A stretch of DNA of 53,996 bases from Candidatus Bathyarchaeota archaeon BA2 (GTDB lineage Archaea > Thermoproteota > Bathyarchaeia > Bathyarchaeales > Bathyarchaeaceae), in the NCBI GenBank assembly GCA_001399795.1, contig LIHK01000010.1:1-53996 (forward strand), given 5' to 3'. The position numbers were made by a program, and so were the translations under genes. This document shows, piece by piece, positions 19,641 to 29,740 of the stretch; within the stretch, counting starts at the first letter, position 1, and each line of letters starts with the position of its first letter. Below the pieces are notes generated by a model. The model saw only the letters and a list, made by a program, of their open reading frames with translations. It did no database searches and was not told the DNA's origin.

Positions 19641-20759
19641 CTAAGAGGGTAATCCGAGCCGTTTTCTGACGTATTCGCCCGTGATGGGAATAGGCCAACC
19701 GCATTTAGGGCACTTTTTGTCATCAGTAACCTTGTATCGGACTATCCTGTAGCCGAATCTCTGAATGAGCCGTTCTCCACAGTTGGGGCAGTAAGTATTC
19801 TCGTATCCATGACCCTGAACGTTTCCGAGGTAAGGATAAATGACCCCAGCTTTCTTCGCCATTTCATAGGCCTTTTCCAGCGTTTCAACTTTTGTGGGCG
19901 GGTTGTGGAATTTGTAGGCTGGATAGTACCTTGTGAAGTGTAAGGGTGTTTCCTGTCCCGCTTCCTTCAAGTGTTTCTCTATCACCCATTGTAGGCAATC
20001 TTCGTCGTCGTTGACGTCTGTGACCACTAGGTTCACGATTTCTATGTGAAAGCCCATTTTCTTGGCTTCTCGAGCGTTTCTCCAAACCTTCTCCACGTCT
20101 GTTCCGCCACAGTATTTCTGGTAAGTCTCAGCGTTGCCTTTCAGGTCTATTTTAAGCCCGTCCATGCCTGACTCCCTCAGCAATCTCAAGGCTTCTAGGG
20201 TCATGTAGCCGTTGGAAACGTAACAGCAGTAAAGTCCCCTTTCATGACCCATCCTAAACACGGGAATAACCCAGTCCGTCAAAATCGTGGGTTCTTGAAA
20301 ACTTACACATAAGCCGTCGTCTCCTCCTCGAAGAGCAGTCTCAACAATTTTCTCGGGAGAATAATAGCTGGATTTTGCGGGGTTAGGCTCAACTTTTGAC
20401 AGGTGAAAATTTTGGCACCAAACGCAGTTGAAGTTGCATGACCATGTGGAAAAGGTTAGGGCTGTTGAGCCAGGCCAGTAGTGGAAAAAGGGTTTGATTT
20501 CGATGGGTCTGCTTTCTAGGGCGCTTAGATCTCCATAAACCAAAGTGTAAAGCTTACCGTCTACATTCATTCTAGTCTTACAAAATCCTTTCAAGCCAGG
20601 CGAAGTCAAGCATTTCCTCTCACACAAACCACATCTAACCTTATCTCCCTTGAGTTTCTCGTAAAGGAGGGCTTCGCGAACCGTAGAATACCGCAGTAGC
20701 TCCTGCACTTCCAAACTTTTCAAGTTATTAAATTCAACATGCGTTTTCGCCATTTTCAT
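19641..20759 (-). CDS. AmmeMemoRadiSam-type radical SAM enzyme (PflA-like)
   Basis: CGLCERKC, IEIKPFFHYWPG, CNFNCVWCQN, PLHFTRYYP, CPNCG. Confidence 0.9.
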   Translation of the reverse strand: MKMAKTHVEFNNLKSLEVQELLRYSTVREALLYEKLKGDKVRCGLCERKCLTSPGLKGFCKTRMNVDGKLYTLVYGDLSALESRPIEIKPFFHYWPGSTALTFSTWSCNFNCVWCQNFHLSKVEPNPAKSSYYSPEKIVETALRGGDDGLCVSFQEPTILTDWVIPVFRMGHERGLYCCYVSNGYMTLEALRLLRESGMDGLKIDLKGNAETYQKYCGGTDVEKVWRNAREAKKMGFHIEIVNLVVTDVNDDEDCLQWVIEKHLKEAGQETPLHFTRYYPAYKFHNPPTKVETLEKAYEMAKKAGVIYPYLGNVQGHGYENTYCPNCGERLIQRFGYRIVRYKVTDDKKCPKCGWPIPITGEYVRKRLGLPS

Positions 20760-20869
20760 CTAACATATCCTACTGGTGGGTTATGTTTAATTAAGTATCT
20801 GTAGAAATTTTTCCCCAGTATAATACGCCCTACAAAGGTTAAGGGAGTGAGAAAAAGAAGAATTACATA

Positions 20870-21235
20870 TTGAGGAATCTAGAGATGCCCCCTAAACGAA
20901 TGGTCTTAACCACTGATGTTTATCCACTATTAGGTAAGATCGAAACAGCAGGAGGCCCACTAATCGAACGATGGAAGGCGGAGGTCGTTCAGCAGTTAAA
21001 AAGCGAAATTAAAGAGAAGGTTTATCAATGTTCCCTAAAGTTAGATTTTTACATAAGCAAAGACCTGATCTGGAAGGTTGACATAGACAACTTGGCTGAG
21101 CCAGTGCTAAATGCTGTTAAAGAGGCGGGGGCCTACTATGATGATTCGCTCGTCTGTAATGTTGAGATAACCAAAATACCAGTTCTTGGACACTTGATGG
21201 AAAAACTTCATATTGAGCTATGGGAATGGGAGTAA
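20870..21235 (+). CDS. RusA-like endonuclease-fold protein
   Basis: DIDNLAEPVLNA...YYDDSLV motif. Confidence 0.6.
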   Translation: MRNLEMPPKRMVLTTDVYPLLGKIETAGGPLIERWKAEVVQQLKSEIKEKVYQCSLKLDFYISKDLIWKVDIDNLAEPVLNAVKEAGAYYDDSLVCNVEITKIPVLGHLMEKLHIELWEWE

Positions 21236-21572
21236 ACGCTTTTCGTTAAGTCCCGAATTGCAACGCTAGAAAGACCTAACTATTTAAGTCCCGAAGATTC
21301 AACAGAACCGGAATGTGTAACTTGCATATGACAGCCTTAGTGGTCGTCACAACAAAAGACACAAGCATATCCACATCCATAACCTCAAACGACAACTAAA
21401 ATATGCTGTCCATTTCTACTATAAAAATTCTATTTAACCAACATATCTGGTTAAATCGGCAGTGAAAGTTTCGCACATCTCTAAGCGCGCATGACTGACA
21501 AAAAATTCGGTGGTTTTTGTCCCGTTTTTGTTTTTCATTAGGTTTTTATGGAGCGGTGCACTTGGTGCACCT

Positions 21573-21735
21573 ATGACGCCTAAGGTTAAGGTTGGGGTAG
21601 CGCTGGACAGGGAGGTCTTGGGGAAGATCGACACCGTGGCATACTAGAAGCTGAGGAACTGGTAAAGGATAGACGCGAAGGAAAATGGATTTTCTACAGC
21701 CTAAAAAACAAGCGTATTATTGAATTCATGAAAGG
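21573..21735 (+). pseudogene. Chimeric remnant: RHH N-terminus joined to ArsR HTH C-terminus
   Basis: MTPKVKVGVALDREVLGKIDT* followed in another frame by ILEAEELVKDRREGKWIFYSLKNKRI. Confidence 0.5.
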
Positions 21736-21737
21736 AC

Positions 21738-23534
21738 TCATGAAAGAAACAGACCGACGAACTGAAACCTCTGCGTGTCCACCAAGCCCTTATCCGTAAT
21801 TCTGAGTTCTGGAAGCACAGGCAGTGCAAGAAGCGACATAATCATGAAGGGCGAAGTCATGGTGCAGCCCAACTCAACCCAAGCCCTTTGCAGTTTTTCC
21901 ACCTGTTCGCTAACTTTTTCCACGGGCTTGTCAGACATGAGACCAGCGATGGGTAGTTCCACCATTCCAATGGCTTCACCGTTTTTGACAGCAATCATCC
22001 CACCGCCAACCTCTGCCAATCTATTTACTGCAAAAGCCATGTCATGGTCGTTCATGCCTACGACCAGCAAGTTGTGACTGTCGTGGGCTACGCTGGAGGC
22101 GACTGCGCCTTCTTTGAATCCGAAGCCCTTGACGAAGCCGAGGCCAATGTTTCCTGTGCGCTTATGCCTCTCCACCACAGCCACCTTAGCTATGTTCTCC
22201 TCTATGCTAGGCTGAGCTTCCCCGTTTTTCACAGGCATATCCTCTTGTAGGTGCCTTGTGACAGCTTTGCCTTCAATCACGCCTATGACGCGAACCTTAA
22301 CCTTTCCCTCCTCTATTGGAGCCTTGATTGAGAAGTCTGTCGCTGTTAATGGCCGCTTTAAACGAATGGACCTCTTGATAAAGTCTGGGTACTCAGCAGA
22401 GACCAAGTCAACAACAATCCTTCCTTTTTTGGCGACGATTACGCCATTGGCTATCACCGTGTCTACGTTAACTGTGGAAAGGTCGTTGAGAATGAGAATG
22501 TCGGCGCACTTGCTAGGCGCAATGCTTCCTAGGTCGTGGCTGACTCCAAAGTGTTCCGCAGTGTTTAAAGTTGCCATCTGCACGGCTGTTATTGGGTCCA
22601 CACCCTCCTCGATGGCGCGCCTAACAACATGGTCCATGTGCCCCAGATTTGTCAGAGTCTCGGGATGTCGATCGTCCGTGACCAGAATCACGTGGCGGGA
22701 GTCCAGCCCATCCTCTGTTACGCCTTTGATCACTTCGGCAAGGTCTCGCCAAGCCGATCCCTCTCGTACCATAGCGTATAAGCCGAGCCTAAGCCTCTGG
22801 ACTCCATCAATTTTTCTGGTGGATTCGTGGCACGAGGTCATTCCAGCCGAGGCATAGGCTGCCAACTCCTTGTCTAGGAGACTATTGGCGTGGCCCTCAA
22901 CCACTTTATTTGCACGAAGGGTTACTTGAATTTCTTCGTGCACTTTTTCGTCACCTCGCAATACGCCCGGATAATTCATCACTTCACCGAGACCAATGAC
23001 TCCTTCCCATGTAAGGGCCTCCTCAATATCGGCGGGTGTTATCTCAGCTCCAACAGTTTCAAAGTCTGGAACCGCTGGAACGCATGACGGGACGCAAACA
23101 AACACTTTGAGAGGAAGACTCCTCGCTTCGTCGAGCATAAGTTTTACACCTTTCAAGCCGAATACGTTTGCGATCTCGTGAGGGTCTATGAATACGCCCG
23201 TGGTTCCGTGGGGTAGCACAGCCCTCGCGAACTGGGTCAACGTGACCATGCTGCTTTCTACGTGAACGTGGCCGTCTAAAAAGCCGGGAACGACGTATTT
23301 GCCAGTTGCGTTTATGATCCTTGTCTCGTTTCCTATAGTGTGGTCTGCCTTCCCAACGAGGGCGATTCTCCCCTCCTTGACGGCGACGTCCACGTTTTCT
23401 TGGAGTTCTCGGGAGTTTACGTTCACTAAGGTACCGCTTTTAACCACTAGGTCAGCCTTCTCCTTTCCCATGGCTGTAGCAACGAGAAGTTTTGTAGTAT
23501 CCTCTAGCTTAGCTCTCCTAGACTGTAAAATCAT
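21738..23534 (-). CDS. ade: Adenine deaminase
   Basis: PGFLDGHVHVESS, DPHEIANV, CHES, TDDRHP, ASSVAHDSHNL. Confidence 0.95.
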   Translation of the reverse strand: MILQSRRAKLEDTTKLLVATAMGKEKADLVVKSGTLVNVNSRELQENVDVAVKEGRIALVGKADHTIGNETRIINATGKYVVPGFLDGHVHVESSMVTLTQFARAVLPHGTTGVFIDPHEIANVFGLKGVKLMLDEARSLPLKVFVCVPSCVPAVPDFETVGAEITPADIEEALTWEGVIGLGEVMNYPGVLRGDEKVHEEIQVTLRANKVVEGHANSLLDKELAAYASAGMTSCHESTRKIDGVQRLRLGLYAMVREGSAWRDLAEVIKGVTEDGLDSRHVILVTDDRHPETLTNLGHMDHVVRRAIEEGVDPITAVQMATLNTAEHFGVSHDLGSIAPSKCADILILNDLSTVNVDTVIANGVIVAKKGRIVVDLVSAEYPDFIKRSIRLKRPLTATDFSIKAPIEEGKVKVRVIGVIEGKAVTRHLQEDMPVKNGEAQPSIEENIAKVAVVERHKRTGNIGLGFVKGFGFKEGAVASSVAHDSHNLLVVGMNDHDMAFAVNRLAEVGGGMIAVKNGEAIGMVELPIAGLMSDKPVEKVSEQVEKLQRAWVELGCTMTSPFMIMSLLALPVLPELRITDKGLVDTQRFQFVGLFLS

Positions 23535-23563
23535 CTTCGTTTCACCAAAACCATGAGGGTAAA

Positions 23564-24676
23564 CTAGGCTTTAACATTCTTAGTTGCGTTTTCAACGGCG
23601 CTTGAAACGCGCCTTAGACACTCAAGCGCACTTTCATAAGTAGGGAAGCCCTTCAGCCCGCATTCAGGCCCAGCGTACGGAACTCTTTCCACGCCGAACC
23701 GCCCAACTACCTTAACCAAACGTTTCTTCATCAGATCAACGTCCTCCAGAAAGATTTTGGGGTCAGTTTTTTGGCTGTTGATGCTGGTCCAAGCCTCGGC
23801 AATCTTTTCATTTATTGTTGGTTCAGTCATTTTTTGCCGCGAAGTTTCCATGATTCTCTTTTTGATTAGTGTGTCAAATTCTACGGTGCAGATGCTTGCT
23901 TTCAGAAACTTGTCTGCTGTCTCTAATTGCTCCTTGGTTTTTTTCATTTGGTAGAGGGGGTCATCAACATGCGAGTCGATTACGTTCAGTGATTTTACTT
24001 CCCAAAACAGTTCGTCGGCCGTGTTGTGAAGGTGTAGTAATGTTTGTACATTTTTAGACTTGACTTTGTGGAAAATGGCTTCCCAAGCCTTTCGAAGGTT
24101 TTCCCTTCCCTCAGACCCGTAGTCAATCAGTGGATCATCTAGCATTCCGAAAATGGGTTCATCTACCGCGACCAAACTCACACCGCCGTGTTTTTCGCTA
24201 AAAATATTGTTTTCTACAATTTGCGAAATTGCGTTTCCTAATCTGCTGAATATTTCATTGTCTCGATGAATGAAGAGTGAAGACAGGGTGTAGGGGCCTG
24301 TGACGCAGACTTTGATTTGGAAAGGTTTACCCTTCTTTTCACGAATCATTTGAGAGTTCTTTTTTATTGCCGTGAGTTCTGGTATGTGGCTTCTGTTCTC
24401 CGTAACAGACGGAATCTTGGTTTCTATGTAGCCGCCCTTCATCCTCTCCACGCCTTCCATCATTGCCGGAAACATTTCGTTCATATCCCTGAACTGGGGA
24501 TAGTTTGGAATGTCTACGCCAGCCTCAACTTTATCTAGAAAACCTTTGATCAACTTTTCCTCAAAATATTTAACTGAATCGTCGTCTGGGTAGAGGTCGA
24601 AGCGGGCGGCGCCCTCCAAAAACTTCTCGATATCATTCTGAAAGGGCAAGCTGCCGACGTCGCAAGACTTAATCAT
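23564..24676 (-). CDS. Cobalamin-independent methionine synthase-like catalytic domain
   Basis: DVGSLP, YPQFRD, TGPYTL, VDEP, HLH, GPECGL. Confidence 0.75.
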   Translation of the reverse strand: MIKSCDVGSLPFQNDIEKFLEGAARFDLYPDDDSVKYFEEKLIKGFLDKVEAGVDIPNYPQFRDMNEMFPAMMEGVERMKGGYIETKIPSVTENRSHIPELTAIKKNSQMIREKKGKPFQIKVCVTGPYTLSSLFIHRDNEIFSRLGNAISQIVENNIFSEKHGGVSLVAVDEPIFGMLDDPLIDYGSEGRENLRKAWEAIFHKVKSKNVQTLLHLHNTADELFWEVKSLNVIDSHVDDPLYQMKKTKEQLETADKFLKASICTVEFDTLIKKRIMETSRQKMTEPTINEKIAEAWTSINSQKTDPKIFLEDVDLMKKRLVKVVGRFGVERVPYAGPECGLKGFPTYESALECLRRVSSAVENATKNVKA

Positions 24677-24697
24677 AAAAACGTCTCCACAAGTCCG

Positions 24698-25735
24698 TCA
24701 TGCTCTCTGATTTAGGCCTGTTTTAAAATGTTCCCATCCCCGAGCCTCTATGGGAACTGTTTTTCCCATCCTTTTGAGAAAGAGGCCCTTTTCCTTTGTA
24801 GCTAATCCAATTTTTATGAGGGAGCCCCCAACGTTTTCCACTGCTTCTTTGGCGTCTTGCCAAAACTTTGGTTTAACGGTTACCAGAAGCTCGTATTCCT
24901 CGCCGCCGTACAAACTTAGTTCTACCGGATCGAGACCGTGAATCTGTGTAAACTTTTCCATTTCACTAGCTATTGGAAGATTGTCGATGACGAATCCTAC
25001 TTTGCTTGCCCTTGAAATTTCGTGTATGCTCCAAGCTAAGCCGTCGCTGGAGTCTATGGATGCCGTTGCTGCCTGAGTTTGGGCGAGGGCTAAGCCCTCC
25101 TTAAGGCGTGCCCGGGGCATGAAAACAGCGTTAACAAGCTCTTCCTTTATATCTGGAGGAACTAAAAGGTTTTCAAGTAGAATTTTCAAGCCGGAGGCTG
25201 TTTTTCCGAAAAATCCTGTTACTGCCACGTAGTCCTTGGGCTTTGCGCCGCTACGCTTGATGAGGTCACGTTTTTGGCAAATTCCTAACGCCGCGCAGCT
25301 GATTATTAGGTCTGAGGCTTCGTTGGTGTCTCCGCCTAGCACATAGGCGTTGTATTCGCGGGCTCCGTTGTTTAGTCCCTTACCGATCTGTTGTATGTCT
25401 TTTTTGGAAAGCCCTTTTGGGATGCCTATTGATGCGAGTAGGGCGATGGGTTGCACTCCTTTGGCTGCTAGGTCGCTTACATTCATGACTACAGCCTTGC
25501 GGGCAGCTTGCCAAAGGTTCATGGCTGCTGGAACGTCTGTTTTTCCAACAAGCATGTCGGTTTTTATCACGGCAAGCTTTCCGTTTCCGATGTCTATGGC
25601 TGAGACGTCGTCTCCGAAGGGGACAGGCGTGTTAGGCATCTGATCTAGGCACTCCATAATGAGGTCTATGATCTTTCTTTCTCCAAGCTCCTCCACTAGA
25701 TTCAAGCAGAAACCTCCTATAGTAATGGTTTGCAT
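24698..25735 (-). CDS. thiL: Thiamine-monophosphate kinase (start probably a few codons inside)
   Basis: LGERKII, FGDD, KTDML, MNVSDLAAKG, GGDT, DSSDGL, GGEEYEL. Confidence 0.93.
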   Translation of the reverse strand: MQTITIGGFCLNLVEELGERKIIDLIMECLDQMPNTPVPFGDDVSAIDIGNGKLAVIKTDMLVGKTDVPAAMNLWQAARKAVVMNVSDLAAKGVQPIALLASIGIPKGLSKKDIQQIGKGLNNGAREYNAYVLGGDTNEASDLIISCAALGICQKRDLIKRSGAKPKDYVAVTGFFGKTASGLKILLENLLVPPDIKEELVNAVFMPRARLKEGLALAQTQAATASIDSSDGLAWSIHEISRASKVGFVIDNLPIASEMEKFTQIHGLDPVELSLYGGEEYELLVTVKPKFWQDAKEAVENVGGSLIKIGLATKEKGLFLKRMGKTVPIEARGWEHFKTGLNQRA

Positions 25736-25780
25736 CCGAACTTCTTAAAAATGTGCGTTTCCTTCACCTTTCGTGGAGAA

Positions 25781-25874
25781 GCCCCGGTGGCTAAGCCCGG
25801 TTATAGCAGCGGCCTCGTATGCAAAGTGCTGGGAGAGCCGCAGGTCGCGGGTTCGAATCCCGCCCGGGGCTCCA
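25781..25874 (+). tRNA. tRNA-Thr(CGT) with 16-nt intron at 37/38 (25820-25835)
   Basis: Full cloverleaf with encoded CCA; BHB helix CTCG/TGGG plus intron hairpin GCA-AAG-TGC. Confidence 0.93.
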
Positions 25875-25925
25875 AGCCTTTCAAGTGTAAAACTATAAAT
25901 ACCCTAGTATTACTCGTATTACCTT

Positions 25926-26156
25926 ATGATTCGAACGAAGGTAACGGAAAAGTATCAGACAACGATTCCGAAGCACATAAGGGAAATTCTCAAAGTGAAA
26001 GCTGGAGAAACGGTTGAGTGGTACATAATCCAAGGCATGGTTGTTCTTAGAAAACCTGTAAAGCTTGAAAAGCCCGTGGAGTTTCTCACATCACAAACAA
26101 GGCTTGACTTAGACGCCGTGAAACTTGTGAGAGAGACCAGAGAGGAATTTGGGTGA
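25926..26156 (+). CDS. AbrB/MazE-type antitoxin
   Basis: TKVTEKYQTTIPKHIREILKVKAGETVEW. Confidence 0.88.
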   Translation: MIRTKVTEKYQTTIPKHIREILKVKAGETVEWYIIQGMVVLRKPVKLEKPVEFLTSQTRLDLDAVKLVRETREEFG

Positions 26157-26578
26157 AGTATCTGGACACGAATGTAATAATCTATGCGATAGAGAACCAT
26201 CCAAAATATGGAGAAAAGTGTAAAGACCTTTTGAAAGACATAGAGAATGCTGAGCTTGAGGTCTGTGCTTCTACCTTGGTACTTGTGGAAGTAATTAACG
26301 TTTTGTGCAAACTAAACAGGATTCTAGAAAAAGCGCAGAAGAAAAAATTAAACATAAGAAAAAACATAGACGCCATACTCTCTCTACCAATAAAGTGGGT
26401 CGAACTGGACTTCGCCATAATACGAAGGGCTTCTGAATATCAATTCAAAGTTAGCGGGATAGATTACGTTCACGTAGCATCCATGGAACTTAACCTCACC
26501 AATGAAGTAATATCCGCCGACGAAGAGCTCGATAAAATAGATTTCATAAAAAGAATAGACCCCCTAAAATTCGGATGA
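26153..26578 (+). CDS. vapC: VapC PIN-domain toxin
   Basis: YLDTNV, DYVHVASM, ISADEELD; GTGA overlap with the antitoxin. Confidence 0.9.
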   Translation: MKYLDTNVIIYAIENHPKYGEKCKDLLKDIENAELEVCASTLVLVEVINVLCKLNRILEKAQKKKLNIRKNIDAILSLPIKWVELDFAIIRRASEYQFKVSGIDYVHVASMELNLTNEVISADEELDKIDFIKRIDPLKFG

Positions 26579-26665
26579 AGGGTACATGAAATCCAAGTAG
26601 GCAAGTTCCTTCTTACAGACTTTTTTGGTTGCGATTTCAAATTTGCCTTAGATATCCACACTATT

Positions 26666-26866
26666 TTATGTAGGGGACAGCAAAGAACCCCGAAATACGT
26701 TAGCAGCTAACACTAGAAGACCAGCTATCCCGAGGAAAATCCCTATAACTGCACCGTATATGCCCGAAAGAGGGTCCTTCGGATTCGTCATGTTTGTTCC
26801 ATAGGCGTATGCGACTAAGCCTAGAATGATTAAAAGAACACCTACTACAACTCCGCGTACTCGCAA
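26666..26866 (-). CDS. Small 2-TM membrane protein
   Basis: Two hydrophobic helices. Confidence 0.55.
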   Translation of the reverse strand: MRVRGVVVGVLLIILGLVAYAYGTNMTNPKDPLSGIYGAVIGIFLGIAGLLVLAANVFRGSLLSPT

Positions 26867-27024
26867 TTGTAACTACCTTCGCTATGTATTTTCCATGGTC
26901 ACACCTAAAGAAAGATGTTATGAAGCTACAATATGTATTAGAAAAACTTCAGAAGGTTACGGTGGCTATGGCAACCCAACAATGTAGATTTGGCTACAGA
27001 AGCTTCAATCCGACGGGTGAAATT

Positions 27025-27507
27025 TTACTCCTCAAAGGCGGTTAGAACTTTCATAAAGGGGTCTTCAGGCTTGTTTTTTATCGTGCTGTGAACTATGAAA
27101 GTCTCCGTCTCCCTAACACCGCTCAAATTATGAAGCCTTTTAACAAGATTCGTTAATTCCTCCTTATCCTCAACCAAGACTTTTATGATGCTGTCGTATT
27201 TCCCAAAGATGCGATGGAATTCGGATACCTCAGGAAAACCCTTGATTACCTCTTCATTCTTCCTCCTAAGGTCACTTCGCGGGTCCTCACGCATGAATAC
27301 GTAAGCTTGGATGCCTAACCCAAATTTTTCTGCCTCCAACTTTGGGGCAAAAGAACTGATCAAACCAGATTTGCAGAATTCATCGATCTTCTTCGCGACG
27401 GTTTGCCTCGTAGCTCCCACATTTTTTGCAATCTGTAGGATTGGCTGTCTAGCGTCCCTAAGTAGCTGGAGGAGTATTTTCTTATCCAAGTCCTTGGTTT
27501 TTAACAT
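27025..27507 (-). CDS. Lrp/AsnC transcriptional regulator
   Basis: DLDKKILLQLLRDAR HTH; GKYDSIIKV, VRETET RAM domain. Confidence 0.9.
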   Translation of the reverse strand: MLKTKDLDKKILLQLLRDARQPILQIAKNVGATRQTVAKKIDEFCKSGLISSFAPKLEAEKFGLGIQAYVFMREDPRSDLRRKNEEVIKGFPEVSEFHRIFGKYDSIIKVLVEDKEELTNLVKRLHNLSGVRETETFIVHSTIKNKPEDPFMKVLTAFEE

Positions 27508-27588
27508 TTTGTTAACAAAACATTTAAAAACCTCCTCTTATTTATAAGATTTTCGTTAAAAGGAAAACTGAAAGTTAAGGAATTACAG

Positions 27589-29238
27589 ATGAAACTCGGA
27601 AAGCTCAGAAGAAATCTGGAAGAGAATAAAGTGGTTACAATGTCAAAATTTGACCTTGAAGAATTTGCCAAAACTGCTGATAGAATTAGGAGAAAGGCAA
27701 TAGAAGAAAACAGGTTGCTAGATAATCCCTCTGATGAAGAGTTAAGGTTACTTGTGGAAAAGGAGCCTGGGATTAAGAAAACAATATATGGAAATTATGT
27801 TGCTGAAAGTGAACCCACTTCCAGGGCAGCTATGTTCACCGAAAACAGTGTTGACCATCCTTTCGGCGAAGAAGAACTCCAACTGTTAGCCCAATGTGAA
27901 AAGGCTTTGGCTAAAGAAAAACTGATTTCTATTGATAGAATTGTAGGTAATGAAAGTAGTGAAACAACAGTCAGGTTAATTGTTCCTGAAGGATTTGCTC
28001 ATGTTGCCTACGGTGGGAAGAATCTTTTCATACCCGTAAAAAAGGAGGTTAAAGAGCCAACATATCAAATCTTGTTTTTCACCGACGAAGCTTTCGAAGC
28101 TAATAAATCAAAGCCACTTCCACAAAAAGACATCACCATAAGATTGGCTATGTTGGATGATGGAAGGGTTATCAAGATAGTTAGGAACAGCAACTACATA
28201 GGCGAATTTAAAAAGGGAGTTTTCGCTGCAGAGGACTGGAATGCTAAAACTAGAAGAGGCGGGATCTTCCTACATGCAGGTTGTAGAGAGGATTATCTCC
28301 AGTCAGCGCATGGAGATTACCGAAATATTAGAACATTACTTCTTGCTTTAAGTGCAAATGGGAAAACAACCACAACCTGTAGGATCTTGGCAAGAAAAGG
28401 AAAGGAAAAATCGTGGCTTATTCAAGACGATGGTGGAACTCTAATGCCAGATGGTTCTTTTCATGGCTTCGAAGCTGGAGGAGTATTTGTCAAAACAGAG
28501 AGTGTAAATCCAGGGGAACAACTCGGAATATATTATGGCTTATTAAAACCAGGAATATTATGTGAGAATGTGTACGTAAACGAAGATGGAGACTTTGACT
28601 TTTTCAACTTAGAAAGAACATCAAATGGAAGAGCAGTTATACTGAGAAGAGATTTTATGCACGCCAGCCCCTATATTGATGTGGACAAGATTGATAACCT
28701 GATTCTTATCACAAGAGGGCCGTTGATCCCTGCTATAGCAAAATTAACTATGGAACAAGCAGTAGCTTTAATGATTTTAGGGCAAGCAATGGAATCATCA
28801 GCAGGTGACCCAACCCAAGCAGGAAAGATTAGAAGCGAATTTTTCTACGATCCCTTTGTAGCTGGTGACAGAGCAGAGCATGCCAACAGATTTTATGAAA
28901 TGTTGAAAGGTCTTCCTCACATGAATTACTTCCTGTTAAATACAGGAGGAGTGGGTGAAGGAGCACGTTACAAAGAGATAAGACTAGAACATACGATGGC
29001 TATATTAGATTCTCTATTAAGAAGAGGGTTTGAAGACTGGATAGATTCACCTACAGGCTTTAAGGTACCAAAAGCGATAAGGATGGTGGATGATATTTAC
29101 CTGCATCCTGAGAAGCTTTACTCAAGAGCTGAATTTGAGGAGAAGCAGAAGGAGCTTAATAGATTTAGACGTGAAGCCATTGAAAAAATCGGCGGTGCCC
29201 TACATCCCGATATAAAAAAGGTTTTTAGCGAGAAGTAA
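27589..29238 (+). CDS. pckA: ATP-type phosphoenolpyruvate carboxykinase, divergent
   Basis: YIGEFKKG, LHAGC, LSANGKTT, IQDD, TSNGRA, LLNTG. Confidence 0.8.
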   Translation: MKLGKLRRNLEENKVVTMSKFDLEEFAKTADRIRRKAIEENRLLDNPSDEELRLLVEKEPGIKKTIYGNYVAESEPTSRAAMFTENSVDHPFGEEELQLLAQCEKALAKEKLISIDRIVGNESSETTVRLIVPEGFAHVAYGGKNLFIPVKKEVKEPTYQILFFTDEAFEANKSKPLPQKDITIRLAMLDDGRVIKIVRNSNYIGEFKKGVFAAEDWNAKTRRGGIFLHAGCREDYLQSAHGDYRNIRTLLLALSANGKTTTTCRILARKGKEKSWLIQDDGGTLMPDGSFHGFEAGGVFVKTESVNPGEQLGIYYGLLKPGILCENVYVNEDGDFDFFNLERTSNGRAVILRRDFMHASPYIDVDKIDNLILITRGPLIPAIAKLTMEQAVALMILGQAMESSAGDPTQAGKIRSEFFYDPFVAGDRAEHANRFYEMLKGLPHMNYFLLNTGGVGEGARYKEIRLEHTMAILDSLLRRGFEDWIDSPTGFKVPKAIRMVDDIYLHPEKLYSRAEFEEKQKELNRFRREAIEKIGGALHPDIKKVFSEK

Positions 29239-29445
29239 AAAATTAAGTGTCAAAACTGTCCCCCTTTTTGCGTTTTTTGCTAGGTGAGCAGGGAATGCTT
29301 GCGCCCGTAAAAACTGTCAGGACTGGATATTTCCCAAGCTCCAAAATTAGATAAGGTAATGATGAAAATCGCGGTAAGTCAATAAAGTATTTTAATTGCC
29401 AGCAGTCTAAATCTGAAAGTAAAGGAAAACTTGAGGTAACGGATT

Positions 29446-29540
29446 GCCCCGGTGGCTAAGTCCGGTTATAGCAGCGGCCTTGTATGTAAAGTGCCTGAGA
29501 GAGCCGCAGGTCGCGGGTTCGAATCCCGCCCGGGGCTCCA
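29446..29540 (+). tRNA. tRNA-Thr(TGT) with 17-nt intron at 37/38
   Basis: Full cloverleaf nearly identical to the 25781 copy; BHB helix CTTG/TGAG; encoded CCA. Confidence 0.93.
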
Positions 29541-29740
29541 CACTAAAACTTTCTGGTTATTTCTAGTGTGCAAAAATGTATTCTGTATTCATAAATTTTT
29601 ATTATTCTTTGTGTTAAAACGTTTGGTCCATCCTTTATCTTTGTCCATCCTAAATCCGCTCACGGAGTCTTAATAGAATACTAAATGATAATAAACTCAC
29701 AAGTTTTATGCGCCTCCCAACAAACGCTTTCAGCGTAGAC

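Noticed and set aside
21246-21295. 12-bp direct repeat TTAAGTCCCGAA twice, 38 bp apart, as a mini-CRISPR
   Set aside because: Only two short units, no cas genes and no leader. No CRISPR array was seen anywhere in the window.
25730-26017. ORFs overlapping the tRNA-Thr genes (also 29452-29673)
   Set aside because: They run through tRNA genes and have no protein features.
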